A stretch of DNA of 64,000 nucleotides from Deferribacteres bacterium (GTDB taxonomy: Bacteria; Zhuqueibacterota; Zhuqueibacteria; Zhuqueibacterales; Geothermadaptataceae): the NCBI GenBank assembly GCA_020633655.1, contig JACKDF010000001.1:264700-328699 (forward strand), read 5' to 3'. Below, one piece after another: positions 35,574 to 45,444 of this stretch. Numbering within the stretch: position 1 is the first letter of the stretch; every line of letters begins with the position of its first letter. The notes below the pieces were generated by a model. That model was not told where the DNA came from, ran no database searches, and worked only from the letters and a program-made list of their open reading frames with translations. The position numbers and the translations under genes are program-made.

Positions 35574-38500
35574 TTAGTAAGTAAAACGCATGCCAAGAAT
35601 AAAAGAACGGTATTCACCAGCATAAAGGACTTCACTGTGTGTGCGCAAAATGTCCTTGTTGGTGACTTCCTCCGTGCCCAGTCTATCTTCTTTTCCCTGA
35701 GCATAAAGATCGCTGTAATAATCTTTTCCGGCCTGACCACCAGGGATGTTGCGAAATTTCGAAACCCACAGATTACCGATGTCAAGGTAAACCTTCATGC
35801 TTGAATTGCGATTTATTTCGAAATCACGAGCCAAGCGCAGGTTGGTTGAAATTATTGGGATTGTATGGAAGTACACGTTTGGATGCTGCTCACGCCAGGT
35901 GCCATCCGGATGTTCTCTTAATTGCGGTCCGGTGTAATAAATACCAAGACTGGCCGATGTCCGGTGCAAAACAGGATAATTCATCACTCTTGGTCCCCAA
36001 TTTCGTGGTGAGGATAAAACGAAGTATCCACGGCCATAAGGCGTAATTTCTTCCACTATCGGTCGTGGAACCCCACGCAGCTCACCATTGGTTCCGATGT
36101 TTGGATCATCAGTAATCACAGGAATCTGACTGATTCCCGGGACTTCAAGATCGCTCACACTTTTGTTGGTGATATTTAAATTAAAAAATCCTGTCAGGAA
36201 GCGTCCTGATTTCTTACGGATTTCAATATCGAGACCACGCACTTCGCGATATTCCCGCTGCGCAGCCCATTCTGCGATGAGTGATTGATCGGAGTGGGCG
36301 TACACCATACCGCTTTCCACATCGCTGTAATCCTTGTAAAAAGCACCCACATGCAACTGGAATTTATCAAAAACATTTTGATCGTATCCAAGTTCGAAAT
36401 TATAGCTCTTTTGGAATCCCAGCTGAGGATTGCCCATCCATTGAACCCGAACGTTTTCACCGTCCAGAGTTGTGGGATACATGGCTTCGTTCTGCACAAT
36501 TTGTACAAAATGGCCATAGTTAAAATAGACTTTACTGTCTTCCGTAATTGGGAAGGAAACACCAACACGCGGGCTGAGATGCCATTTCGCTTCTGCGGTA
36601 GTCGTAATAAAAGAATCACCTTTTACCGCATAATAAGCATCAGCGTTGGTCGCATAATCCAGAATGCTGTGCACATCGTAGTATTCAACTTTGTTGTTGC
36701 GATCGAAGAGCAAACCGAGAGTTGCATAGTCGAGAACCCCCATTGGGCTGAATTCGCCATTCGGGTCGTAACGATCCAAACGCAGACCAAAATTTGCAAC
36801 CATACCGCTGAATTCTACTTTATCCTGGATGTAAGCAGCAAATTCGATTGGTTCGGAATGCGCTGTTGTTATGTATTCCTTTTCCGGGGAGTCATCATGC
36901 CAGTGTCTGCGGTTTTCAACAATTTTATTGGCAGTAATTTCGATTCCTGTTTTCAATTCATGGGCAGGATTGAATTGATCCGTCATTGATAGCTTCATAT
37001 TGAAGCGACGGCCATAGGAATCATCCCAGGTAACGCCACCACCGAACATGCTATAATTGGTTCCATCGTCAGAACGCGCCAAAGGATTCAATACCCAATC
37101 CTGTTTCTCATCCGACCAGATATTCTTTGGGATCCAACCGGACTGAGGATCGAGATAGAGACGCCCATGGAAATAGCGACCGTCTGCCTCAGAAGCTGCT
37201 TCCGAGTGACGGATGTCCCAATCAGAACGGAAATAGTTCACATCGGCTTCCAGAATTCTCGTATCTGAGGCCAGATACTGGTATTTTAATCCAACAAGCG
37301 ATGCTTTCCGGTCATTTAACGGCTTGCGCCCAACATAAAACATTTCACTATCACCACCGCCGTAGGAAATTTCATCATAAACATCCCAGTTACTGGTGGA
37401 ATAGTTACTTGTTACTGTATTTGTCAGGTTGTGTGTACCGAGTAAGGTAAACTTGTGTTTGGTACCAATATCATTGATTACTTTGTAAAGCAGTGTCTTC
37501 GACTGGTAGGCATCGATGGGTTGCGGATAGGCAAAGGGCTGTTTTTCCCACGAAAGTGTCGTCATGACACTCATTTTCCAATCTTTAGTGAACTTGTAAC
37601 CATCACTCAAGGTAAGGGCAATATTATGACCTGTCACATCATCGTACGTAATCGGCCGGTGGCGCCAGTTCCACAGTTCACGCGCTTCTTCTGCGGTTAA
37701 GTCATTGTCTGGATTGGTATCGGTGAGCAGTCGTTCCGTGTATGCATTCCAGCCTTCCCAGCGAATAGTGTCTGGTGTGATACCTTCGATGCGTACAACA
37801 TAATTTGGCTCCATTGATGCTTCGCTGCCATACAATAACTGAGGCCAGAAATTATTCTCGCTGTAGCGGCTGCTGCCAGCGTGGCGTTGCCGGGCAGGAT
37901 TTAACTGATAATCTAAATCAACATGAAAATCCTGGGAAGGTGTTGAGGTCACAATGTTTACAATCCCGGACCGCGCTTTGCCGTATTCCGCGTTGTAACC
38001 ACCCCGAATGACGTTTATTTCTTCCACACTACTCGGAGAAATATTAACGATGGAACGGTTAAAATTTGGATCAACCATCGAGTAGCCATCCACTAAAATT
38101 GCAGCTTCTGTCGCATCACCGGCGCGAATCTGCATCTCGCCTTCGATGAGGCTTCCCTGAATACCCGCTTGAAATGCTATGGCATCTTCCACCCGATTTG
38201 AAAATGGGGCATTGGCCATGTCTTCCTGCGTCACTCGAGTTTCAGAGGCCGAGACATCCAGTTTTACCAGTTCCACAGGAGCAACGATGACCACTTCTTC
38301 GCCTTCAAGAACGGCTTCATTCATCACAAATTCGATATGCGTACTGCGATCAGCCTCTACTTTTACATTCTGACTGATAGCTGTTTTGTAACCAATCATC
38401 GATGCTCTAACTTCATAGGTTCCGGGAGGAAGATAAAGTATGATGAATGTGCCATCTACCGCAGCAGCGGCCCCGAACGAAGTGCCAACAACGACAACAT

Positions 38501-38633
38501 TGGCACCAGGAAGCGGCTCACCCGTCTTGGCGTCTTTCACAACACCACGAATTTTTCCGGTAACCCCACCAAAGGTTTGTACCGTTTGCAAGGCAAGCGC
38601 AATTGTGAAAATAAATAGTAAGATACGTTTCAT
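35574..38633 (-). CDS. TonB-dependent receptor with N-terminal carboxypeptidase-regulatory-like domain (SusC-like architecture)
   Basis: I take the ATG at 38633 as the start because the track start is a TTG. After the signal peptide comes a CarboxypepD_reg block (GKIRGVVKDAKTGEPLPGANVVVVGTSFGAAAAVDGTFIILYLPPGTYEV), then a plug block (INVIRGGYNAEYGKARSGIVNIVT), then a ~750-aa barrel ending in ILGMRFTY. Confidence 0.85.
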   Translation of the reverse strand: MKRILLFIFTIALALQTVQTFGGVTGKIRGVVKDAKTGEPLPGANVVVVGTSFGAAAAVDGTFIILYLPPGTYEVRASMIGYKTAISQNVKVEADRSTHIEFVMNEAVLEGEEVVIVAPVELVKLDVSASETRVTQEDMANAPFSNRVEDAIAFQAGIQGSLIEGEMQIRAGDATEAAILVDGYSMVDPNFNRSIVNISPSSVEEINVIRGGYNAEYGKARSGIVNIVTSTPSQDFHVDLDYQLNPARQRHAGSSRYSENNFWPQLLYGSEASMEPNYVVRIEGITPDTIRWEGWNAYTERLLTDTNPDNDLTAEEARELWNWRHRPITYDDVTGHNIALTLSDGYKFTKDWKMSVMTTLSWEKQPFAYPQPIDAYQSKTLLYKVINDIGTKHKFTLLGTHNLTNTVTSNYSTSNWDVYDEISYGGGDSEMFYVGRKPLNDRKASLVGLKYQYLASDTRILEADVNYFRSDWDIRHSEAASEADGRYFHGRLYLDPQSGWIPKNIWSDEKQDWVLNPLARSDDGTNYSMFGGGVTWDDSYGRRFNMKLSMTDQFNPAHELKTGIEITANKIVENRRHWHDDSPEKEYITTAHSEPIEFAAYIQDKVEFSGMVANFGLRLDRYDPNGEFSPMGVLDYATLGLLFDRNNKVEYYDVHSILDYATNADAYYAVKGDSFITTTAEAKWHLSPRVGVSFPITEDSKVYFNYGHFVQIVQNEAMYPTTLDGENVRVQWMGNPQLGFQKSYNFELGYDQNVFDKFQLHVGAFYKDYSDVESGMVYAHSDQSLIAEWAAQREYREVRGLDIEIRKKSGRFLTGFFNLNITNKSVSDLEVPGISQIPVITDDPNIGTNGELRGVPRPIVEEITPYGRGYFVLSSPRNWGPRVMNYPVLHRTSASLGIYYTGPQLREHPDGTWREQHPNVYFHTIPIISTNLRLARDFEINRNSSMKVYLDIGNLWVSKFRNIPGGQAGKDYYSDLYAQGKEDRLGTEEVTNKDILRTHSEVLYAGEYRSFILGMRFTY

Positions 38634-39256
38634 GTGCAATCCTCACAGGATTTAGACCATGTTTTCTCTCTCTCCTTAAAACATCCCCAAAAAATACAAA
38701 ACCACAGCATAAAGCTTATGAAAGCAAACGATTGCTTTCACATTAAAAAAAATGTACCTTATGTCGGTTTACTCAAAAGAACAGTTTGATCACGTGAAAA
38801 TAACTTTGATTATTGCCGATTCAGGTACTTTTCTATTCAAATAAAAATTGGTCATTTAACACAACTTGATGGAAGGATAAAAACGCAAGAAAAACTCCGA
38901 TTGCAACAATTTATGTGATGTTAATTTTTAACAACCGGAAATGAATATGTAATAAAAATATTAACGATTCCTTAAAATCCAATAAAAATGTTTACAGTGT
39001 TTTTAAAAATACATTATTTTACAAAAGTTTGAACTGAAAAATTTATATTTTCCGATGTCGTTCACCTTACCGGCCTCCGCCATCTTGTATGACAGAAGAC
39101 CGTTAATAATGCTTACACCTGCCATAACTCACTTTTTATAGATAAACTTACACCGTACTTTTAAAGTCCAATATAACAAACAGGTTGCCGAATCGAAAAT
39201 AGTTCTCTCGATTTTTTAGGGTCGAGAGAGTTCACTTAACAACTGAGGAAATTATA

Positions 39257-40396
39257 ATGAAAAAAATAATGTCTTCGCTTCTTTTCATTTCAACATTTCT
39301 TATTTCCTGCAATTTAGATAATTCCTCCAGACAAGCGCTCGTAGAGAAAATCGGTGCAGGGGTCGATGAAATTCCAGTCATCGTTGTAGAAGGAACGCCC
39401 TACGAAATGGGGTACCAGTTAGGTAAAGCATTGGGAAATTCCGTTGAAAAATGCATATCAGGATATCTCGATTTTGCATACCATTATCCGGAAATATTCA
39501 GTGATGAAAAATTGGACAATACGTGGGCAACTCTTGAACCTTATATCGATTCACGCATAAAAGCAGAATTAAAAGGTCTTGCGGAAGGCAGCGGTTATCC
39601 CCTTGCCAATCTCCAGCGCGCACATGCCATTCCTGCCATTGCCGACTACGCTTGCAGCGGTGTTGCTGTTTGGGGTAAAGCCAGTGCGGATGGACATCTC
39701 TACCAAATTCGCAACCTGGATTTTGTTAAACAGGCCCATTTACAGGACTATCCGGTCGTTGTTGTTTACAAACCACAAAAAGGTAAACCGCATACTATGG
39801 CCACCTTTGCCGGATACATTGGTGCGCATTCAGGAATGAACGCTGCCGGAATAATCCTTGGAGAGAAGGGCGAATCCCCCAACTCTGAATCCCCGTTCAA
39901 CCTCGATGGAGTTCACTTCACTTTCCTATTCCGTCAAATGCTTTACGACGCCGAAACCTTATCTGAGGCTGTATCGACAATCGAAAACGCACATCTCATT
40001 AAACGCTATTTTTTCTATGTGGGCGATGGAAAACCGGAAACAATGGGGGCGGTAAAATTTTATGTTTCCACGCCTGATTCCATAAAATTGCATAAATGGA
40101 CGGATAAAGTTGAATCGGATCCATCCGTACCAGGGCTCGTGCCAGAATGCATTTATTACACGATGAATAACGAACTCGCCCACAAAGATCTTAACGAAAA
40201 CCGGGGAACTTTTAACGCAGAAAAAATGATCGATCTATCAAAAGCACTGGCAGATGAGGGCGGCAACTTATTAAATGTGGTCTACGATGGTACGGCTTTA
40301 CGAATGTGGATTGCCTATGCTGAGAAGGACGCGGATGCCAGTACACGGGATTATGTTCCATTTGAATTACGAAATTACTTAACAGGTCGTAAATAA
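39257..40396 (+). CDS. C45-family (acyl-CoA:6-APA acyltransferase-like) Ntn-hydrolase lipoprotein
   Basis: A lipobox is present (FLISCNLD). The block DYACSGVAVWGKASADGHLYQIRNLDF...YPVVVVYKP...TFAGYIGAHSGMNAAGI matches the C45 pattern: a nucleophile Cys followed by G/S, then RNLD/VLD, then GxxGxxxGMN. Confidence 0.6.
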   Translation: MKKIMSSLLFISTFLISCNLDNSSRQALVEKIGAGVDEIPVIVVEGTPYEMGYQLGKALGNSVEKCISGYLDFAYHYPEIFSDEKLDNTWATLEPYIDSRIKAELKGLAEGSGYPLANLQRAHAIPAIADYACSGVAVWGKASADGHLYQIRNLDFVKQAHLQDYPVVVVYKPQKGKPHTMATFAGYIGAHSGMNAAGIILGEKGESPNSESPFNLDGVHFTFLFRQMLYDAETLSEAVSTIENAHLIKRYFFYVGDGKPETMGAVKFYVSTPDSIKLHKWTDKVESDPSVPGLVPECIYYTMNNELAHKDLNENRGTFNAEKMIDLSKALADEGGNLLNVVYDGTALRMWIAYAEKDADASTRDYVPFELRNYLTGRK

Positions 40397-40420
40397 TTCC
40401 AAAAAATAAGGAAAAATCGA

Positions 40421-42298
40421 ATGTCCGGCAAATTGTCAAAAATAATGGCGGTGCTTCTCGGCATCATTCTCGTCGTCGGTTTCGTTTTTAAAGAAAGGAT
40501 AACCGGCTCGGTGGCAGTTTATCATCATATCACTACTATTCACCAGGCTCTGGAAAATGGCCAGGACAAGCTGGCTTTAAATGCGTCGATTGTGCAGCAG
40601 AAAAAAGAGAATAAAAAGAATTCCATCGATTTTACGGTCCGATATGAGGAAAACAGCGCCTTTGAGGGGGAAATACATTTCAATAAAAATCAATTTCTCA
40701 TCCATTCGGATAAGCAAAAAACCACTGTGCAAAGACTGCAATCGCCACTATCGATCTCAGGCGATGGACCTGATTTCATAAATTTCGATATCGCCCGGTT
40801 TTTGGGCGAGGTCATTGAAGAGCATCCCAAACTAAATCAGATTATGCAATTGAGCTGGATCGACCGCACAGGGATAGCATTCTGGAGCATGCTTAATTGC
40901 TCTTTCGGAGAAGAAAATATCGATGGCAAGCAGTTTAAAAGCATCTCATTTCCTCCGGATAAAAAGACCGGGGTAATTTTAGCTGTAAAATATATTACCG
41001 GAGACAAATACCAAATTCAATACGGTGACCAGTTGCAAGCCGAGCTCGATTTTCACCCTGAAGAAAAGCCACTTTTTGCCGCAATGAGCAACGATGATAC
41101 AAAATCATTGAACGTGGATCGGGGAGAACTGAATAGATCCATTTACCAGGGGGCCCTACGGGCTGCAGGTATTCTTCTCGACCAAAACATGCCTGTTCCT
41201 CTAAAATCAGGCACGACTTCTGTGGAAAATGGTAAGCTCATCATTCGTGACAATAAACGAATTCTCATTGCGAAAGGCAGCCACAGGCAGATTGGTGAAG
41301 TGCATGGCCGGCTTTTGCAAAAAGAAATACAAAAATTAGTCGAAGCGACGCTTTACACAATGGGTTGGGTGTATACACTTGAAAAGGGGCAGTGGTTTCT
41401 GAATGAAATGCGCAATGCCTACTCACGTTTGCAACCTTTCATTCCGCAAAAATATCAGGAAGAACTAAAAGGCTTGTCATCAACTTCCGGTGTTTCACTG
41501 CAAGAATTGCAATTGGCCAATGTCTTCCCCGCCCTATTCCATTGTTCAGGGTTTGCGGTTTTTAATCAGGCATCGAAAGATGGTGTTCTCTACCACGGGC
41601 GAGTACTCGATTACATCACAGAACTCGGTTTGCAGAATGTTGCAGTCGTATTCATACTGCAACCGGAAGGGAGCAATGGGTTTACAAATGTTGGATATGC
41701 CGGATTCATTGGTTCTGTTTCGGGCATGAACGATCAACAAGTGGCTTTTGGTGAAATGGGTGGCCGTGGTGAAGGCGACTGGGACGGTATGCCAATGCCG
41801 ATACTCATGCGTGAAGGTCTGGAAACGACTAAAACACTAGAAGATGCTGTAGAGCTTTTTCGCAACACACCACGTACCTGCGAGTATTTCTATGTTCTTT
41901 CCGATGGCAAAATACCAGATGCTGTTGGTCTGTCCACAACACCAGATCGCTTCATCACGATAAAACCAAATCAATTCCACCCACAATTGCCACACCCAAT
42001 GCAAGATGCCGTACTGATGTCTGCGGACAAACGCTATGAAAAATTAGCAGAACGCGTAAAAGATAATTATGGACAAATTGGTCAGGAAGAAGCAATCCAT
42101 TTAATGGACAGGCCTGTTGCAATGAAAAGCAATTTGCACAATGTCCTGTTTGCACCTCAGTCACTTGAGTTCTGGGTTGCCGATGCTGGCATAAACACAC
42201 CGGCATGCAATGAGCCTTATGTGCATTTCTCGTTGAAGGAATTGTTAGAAGAACCTGGAATTAAGGAATCCGACACGCTCCTAAGCAAAGCAGAGTAG
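40421..42298 (+). CDS. membrane-anchored protein with C-terminal C45-family Ntn-hydrolase domain (paralog of 39257..40396)
   Basis: An N-terminal TM (MAVLLGIILVVGFVF) is followed by ~270 aa of unassigned sequence. Then comes FHCSGFAVFNQASKDGVLYHGRVLDY...VAVVFILQP...GYAGFIGSVSGMNDQQV, which parallels the upstream gene. Confidence 0.6.
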   Translation: MSGKLSKIMAVLLGIILVVGFVFKERITGSVAVYHHITTIHQALENGQDKLALNASIVQQKKENKKNSIDFTVRYEENSAFEGEIHFNKNQFLIHSDKQKTTVQRLQSPLSISGDGPDFINFDIARFLGEVIEEHPKLNQIMQLSWIDRTGIAFWSMLNCSFGEENIDGKQFKSISFPPDKKTGVILAVKYITGDKYQIQYGDQLQAELDFHPEEKPLFAAMSNDDTKSLNVDRGELNRSIYQGALRAAGILLDQNMPVPLKSGTTSVENGKLIIRDNKRILIAKGSHRQIGEVHGRLLQKEIQKLVEATLYTMGWVYTLEKGQWFLNEMRNAYSRLQPFIPQKYQEELKGLSSTSGVSLQELQLANVFPALFHCSGFAVFNQASKDGVLYHGRVLDYITELGLQNVAVVFILQPEGSNGFTNVGYAGFIGSVSGMNDQQVAFGEMGGRGEGDWDGMPMPILMREGLETTKTLEDAVELFRNTPRTCEYFYVLSDGKIPDAVGLSTTPDRFITIKPNQFHPQLPHPMQDAVLMSADKRYEKLAERVKDNYGQIGQEEAIHLMDRPVAMKSNLHNVLFAPQSLEFWVADAGINTPACNEPYVHFSLKELLEEPGIKESDTLLSKAE

Positions 42299-42455
42299 CG
42301 GCATTTAAAAAAATAGACACAGATAATAAATGGATATTCAGTAACACAAACAAACTTCACCTGCATTTTTCACAATTACCTGGATCGGGAAGAGAAATCT
42401 CCAGCTCACCATTCACTTTGAGCACTTCATGAGTAACGCAGGTTAAATAAAAAAA

Positions 42456-42492
42456 AGCTCCCGCCAAGCAAATTTTCGGGAGCTTTTTTTTT
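42456..42492. terminator. bidirectional rho-independent terminator
   Basis: AAAAAAA-AGCTCCCG-N13-CGGGAGCT-TTTTTTTT. The 8-bp GC-rich stem is flanked by an A-run and a T-run, and it sits between the convergent genes ending at 42298 (+) and 42513 (-). Confidence 0.85.
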
Positions 42493-42512
42493 GAGGGGAT
42501 TGTAAATGGCAA

Positions 42513-42917
42513 TTACATGTTTGATTTCTCATGTTGCTTAATCATAGCAAAAATTTGCTTTTTTAAAGCGAGATTTTTCTCGTGATCGACCTGTAATTTC
42601 AAAAAGCCAATAGCCCATTCGTTGTTCATTTTATTCAAGGCACTCAACGCCAGTTGTTTCGCATGAATATTCGGATCACTGCGGTAAATTCGCATGATAT
42701 CGAAAACAGCGGCGTCAACATCCAATTTATCGCCATAACTGACGATACGTTGCAGTGCGGCGTAGCGAACACCTTCATTTCCTTCTTTTATACATTTAAC
42801 CAGGTTTTTACTGTACATTTTCCAGAATTCCGGGCTGCGTTCAACTTCATCTGCCTGCAAAGTTGTGAAAGAAAAAAGAAGTGCGATCGCGATCAAGACG
42901 AGCATTAAACGTTTCAT
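42513..42917 (-). CDS. small exported helical-repeat (HEAT-like) hypothetical protein
   Basis: The ATG at 42917 has a GGAGG RBS, and the signal peptide is MKRLMLVLIAIALLFSFTTLQA. The mature part is all-alpha with HEAT-like stretches (GNEGVRYAALQRIVSYGD). Confidence 0.6.
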   Translation of the reverse strand: MKRLMLVLIAIALLFSFTTLQADEVERSPEFWKMYSKNLVKCIKEGNEGVRYAALQRIVSYGDKLDVDAAVFDIMRIYRSDPNIHAKQLALSALNKMNNEWAIGFLKLQVDHEKNLALKKQIFAMIKQHEKSNM

Positions 42918-43268
42918 AACGGCCTCCAAAAATTAAATGGTAATTGGGTTTCTTTTTGCAATAAGAGACGTCTGATGCATCACCATTGTTTCAATAAAAA
43001 TAGGACGTTATGCTTCCATTTATTTTTGACATCAACTCTTGTGACAATGATTACACCAATATTGATGAAAAGGCACTCCTCCACAATTCATTTTTCTGGG
43101 TAATACCGCAATTTCAACAAGAAGAAGTGGCAAAAACAAAAATTTGAAATAATTTTTTCACATTATTTACGATACAAAATCTTGCACAAATGCTTGCAAA
43201 GAAACCAATGCAAGTATTCAAAAATACAAAATAAAGCTAACTCTGAATGATATAAAAGTGGATGGATT

Positions 43269-43964
43269 TTATTTCGTAAATGTACGTATTTTATATTTTT
43301 TTCTGGCAAGATCAGTTAATTGGATGGAAAACTGGAACGGCATGGAGTCTGAGGTTTTATAGATAAGGTATGTATCGAATAGTTTTAAAATAAAAATTCG
43401 TTCAAATAGCTGAAAACCAAGATGATCCAAAGAACGTCGGGAGTTAAAATTATTGCTGTCCACATAAGCAACAATGCCCCTGTAGCCCTGTTTGCGATAA
43501 ATCTGCAATGCGTGATAGAGATTTAAGCCCTGCAAACGCTGGCCACGAAATGGAATAATCGTGTAAGAACGATACGCATATTTATATTGAGGATTAAAGT
43601 GAACTTCAAGATTTTTATTTAAGCGGGTCGGCAGGTCTGAATACCAGCAATAATTAATCAGGCGTTCATTATCCAGTAATCCCAAACATTCATCCTGTTT
43701 ATCCAGCCCTAATTCAACAACATATTCAGGCATGCGCGTCGCTTCAACCTGTAAAAAATTTTCTACTTCCTCTTGTGTTAGAAAGCGCTCAGTATATTTC
43801 GGATGCAATTCTTTTATTTCGTGGTGTAAAGTCGTTTCTTCAATGGCAAGGCAATGCAATACTTTGAAAAAAGTGACTGAATTCGCAAGTCGAATGAACA
43901 GATCGACCAAAATTCCCATTATTCCAACCGAGTGAAAATCCCTTTTCAATTGATCAATGCTCAT
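43269..43964 (-). CDS. GNAT-family acetyltransferase-like protein
   Basis: 231 aa. A motif-A-like sequence IIPFRGQRLQGLNLYHALQIY is followed by GYRGIVAYVDSNNFNSRRSLDHLGFQL. The gene is visibly AT-rich (33 G+C in the 100 nt 43271-43370 by my count) and is flanked by ~340-bp AT-rich spacers. Confidence 0.6.
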   Translation of the reverse strand: MSIDQLKRDFHSVGIMGILVDLFIRLANSVTFFKVLHCLAIEETTLHHEIKELHPKYTERFLTQEEVENFLQVEATRMPEYVVELGLDKQDECLGLLDNERLINYCWYSDLPTRLNKNLEVHFNPQYKYAYRSYTIIPFRGQRLQGLNLYHALQIYRKQGYRGIVAYVDSNNFNSRRSLDHLGFQLFERIFILKLFDTYLIYKTSDSMPFQFSIQLTDLARKKYKIRTFTK

Positions 43965-44313
43965 TTTATTCCATATTATCTAATTTATTTGATGGAATTA
44001 TTTCCATATTTAAAAAGCGAGAAGATAAGTGAAGTTGCTCTAAATTCAAAGAAAAGAATAAATTATTCAAGAAATATCTTGAATTCAATGTTATTATCCA
44101 ATCTTGAGCATAAAGAAATATATAGGCACATCGCAAGCAATTTGCCTAATCGCATTTTTATCGGAAGTACAACTTAGGGCAGGATACAGCGTGTTTTTAG
44201 GAAAATCACAAACTGCAATTCGCTTGCATTTAACATATTATTACAATACTTTCAGGCTTGCTTTTTTTAAAATTCGGCACACTATTTTAAGCTAAAATAC
44301 GAACGAGGTTAAT

Positions 44314-45309
44314 ATGGCTACAAACTACAAAGATCTTGGTTTTGTTAACACAAAGGAAATGTTCAGGAAAGCCTTTGAAGGGAAATATGCAATTCCAGCC
44401 TATAATTTCAACAATTTAGAACAAATTCAGGCTATTATAAATGGTTGCGGAGAGTCGAAAAGTCCGGTAATTTTGCAAGTTTCAAGCGGTGCACGCAAAT
44501 ATGCAGACCAAACCATGTTACGTTATATGGCTGAAGGCGCCGTACAGATGGCCAAAGATAAAGGTTATGATATTCCTATCGCACTGCACCTGGACCATGG
44601 CGATACTTTTGAACTGTGTGTTTCCTGTATTGAAAGTGGTTTTTCCAGCGTAATGATTGATGGTTCCCATCATCCGTACGAAAAAAATATTGAGCTGACA
44701 CGAAAAGTTGTTGAATACGCACACAAATATGACGTCTCTGTGGAAGGTGAACTTGGCGTTCTCGCAGGTATTGAAGACGATGTTGTTGCAGCAAAATCCA
44801 TCTACACACAGCCGGATGAAGTCGAAGATTTTGTCACTCGCACTGGTGTTGATTCCCTGGCTATCTCGATTGGTACATCGCACGGAGCTTTCAAATTTAA
44901 GCCAGAACAATGTACAAAAAATGAAGAGGGCGTACTCGTTCCACCTCCACTCCGGTTCGACATCCTTGAAGAAATTGAAAAACGTATTCCTGGCTTCCCC
45001 ATCGTTCTGCATGGTGCCAGTTCGGTTTTACCAAAGTATGTGAATATCATCAATGAACATGGTGGCGCACTGAAAGCAGCCGTTGGTATTCCTGCCGAAC
45101 AATTGCGTCGTGCAGCCAAGTCTGCCGTGTGCAAAATCAATATCGATTCCGATGGCCGACTTGTTGTAACCGCCATGATTCGCAAAACATTTGCAGAAAA
45201 CACCTCGGAATTTGATCCACGCAAATACCTTGGCCCAGCACGGGATGAACTACAGAAAATGATCATCGATAAAAATACGCATGTATTGGGTAGTGCAGGT
45301 CAAGCATAG
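44314..45309 (+). CDS. fba: class II fructose-1,6-bisphosphate aldolase
   Basis: 331 aa with YAIPAYNFNNLEQ, PVILQVSSGA, LHLDHG, SVMIDGS, VEGELG and GTSHGAFKF, which are the conserved class II FBA blocks. Confidence 0.92.
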   Translation: MATNYKDLGFVNTKEMFRKAFEGKYAIPAYNFNNLEQIQAIINGCGESKSPVILQVSSGARKYADQTMLRYMAEGAVQMAKDKGYDIPIALHLDHGDTFELCVSCIESGFSSVMIDGSHHPYEKNIELTRKVVEYAHKYDVSVEGELGVLAGIEDDVVAAKSIYTQPDEVEDFVTRTGVDSLAISIGTSHGAFKFKPEQCTKNEEGVLVPPPLRFDILEEIEKRIPGFPIVLHGASSVLPKYVNIINEHGGALKAAVGIPAEQLRRAAKSAVCKINIDSDGRLVVTAMIRKTFAENTSEFDPRKYLGPARDELQKMIIDKNTHVLGSAGQA

Positions 45310-45335
45310 TAGCAAGTCTATTTAAGCATACAAAA

Positions 45336-45371
45336 AGGTGCTGTGGAGACTACTCCACGCACCTTTTTTTG
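45336..45371 (+). terminator. rho-independent terminator of fba
   Basis: AGGTGCTGTGGAG-ACTA-CTCCACGCACCT forms a 12-bp stem with a 1-nt bulge, followed by TTTTTTT. The preceding A-run means it may also serve the convergent Hpt gene. Confidence 0.85.
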
Positions 45372-45444
45372 TTTTATACCAAATGGAAATGGGAATTTGT
45401 ATTCCAAATTTGTCGTACAGCCTCACGGATGCAGAAAAAACTCC

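Noticed and set aside
38640-39256. A 617-bp AT-rich divergent spacer upstream of the TonB-dependent receptor, examined for a cobalamin or other riboswitch and for small RNAs.
   Set aside because: I could not find a B12-box-like or other conserved riboswitch core. Only two short hairpins are present (GAAAGCAA-ACG-TTGCTTTC and TCTCTCGA-N10-TCGAGAGA). They are insufficient to call a feature.
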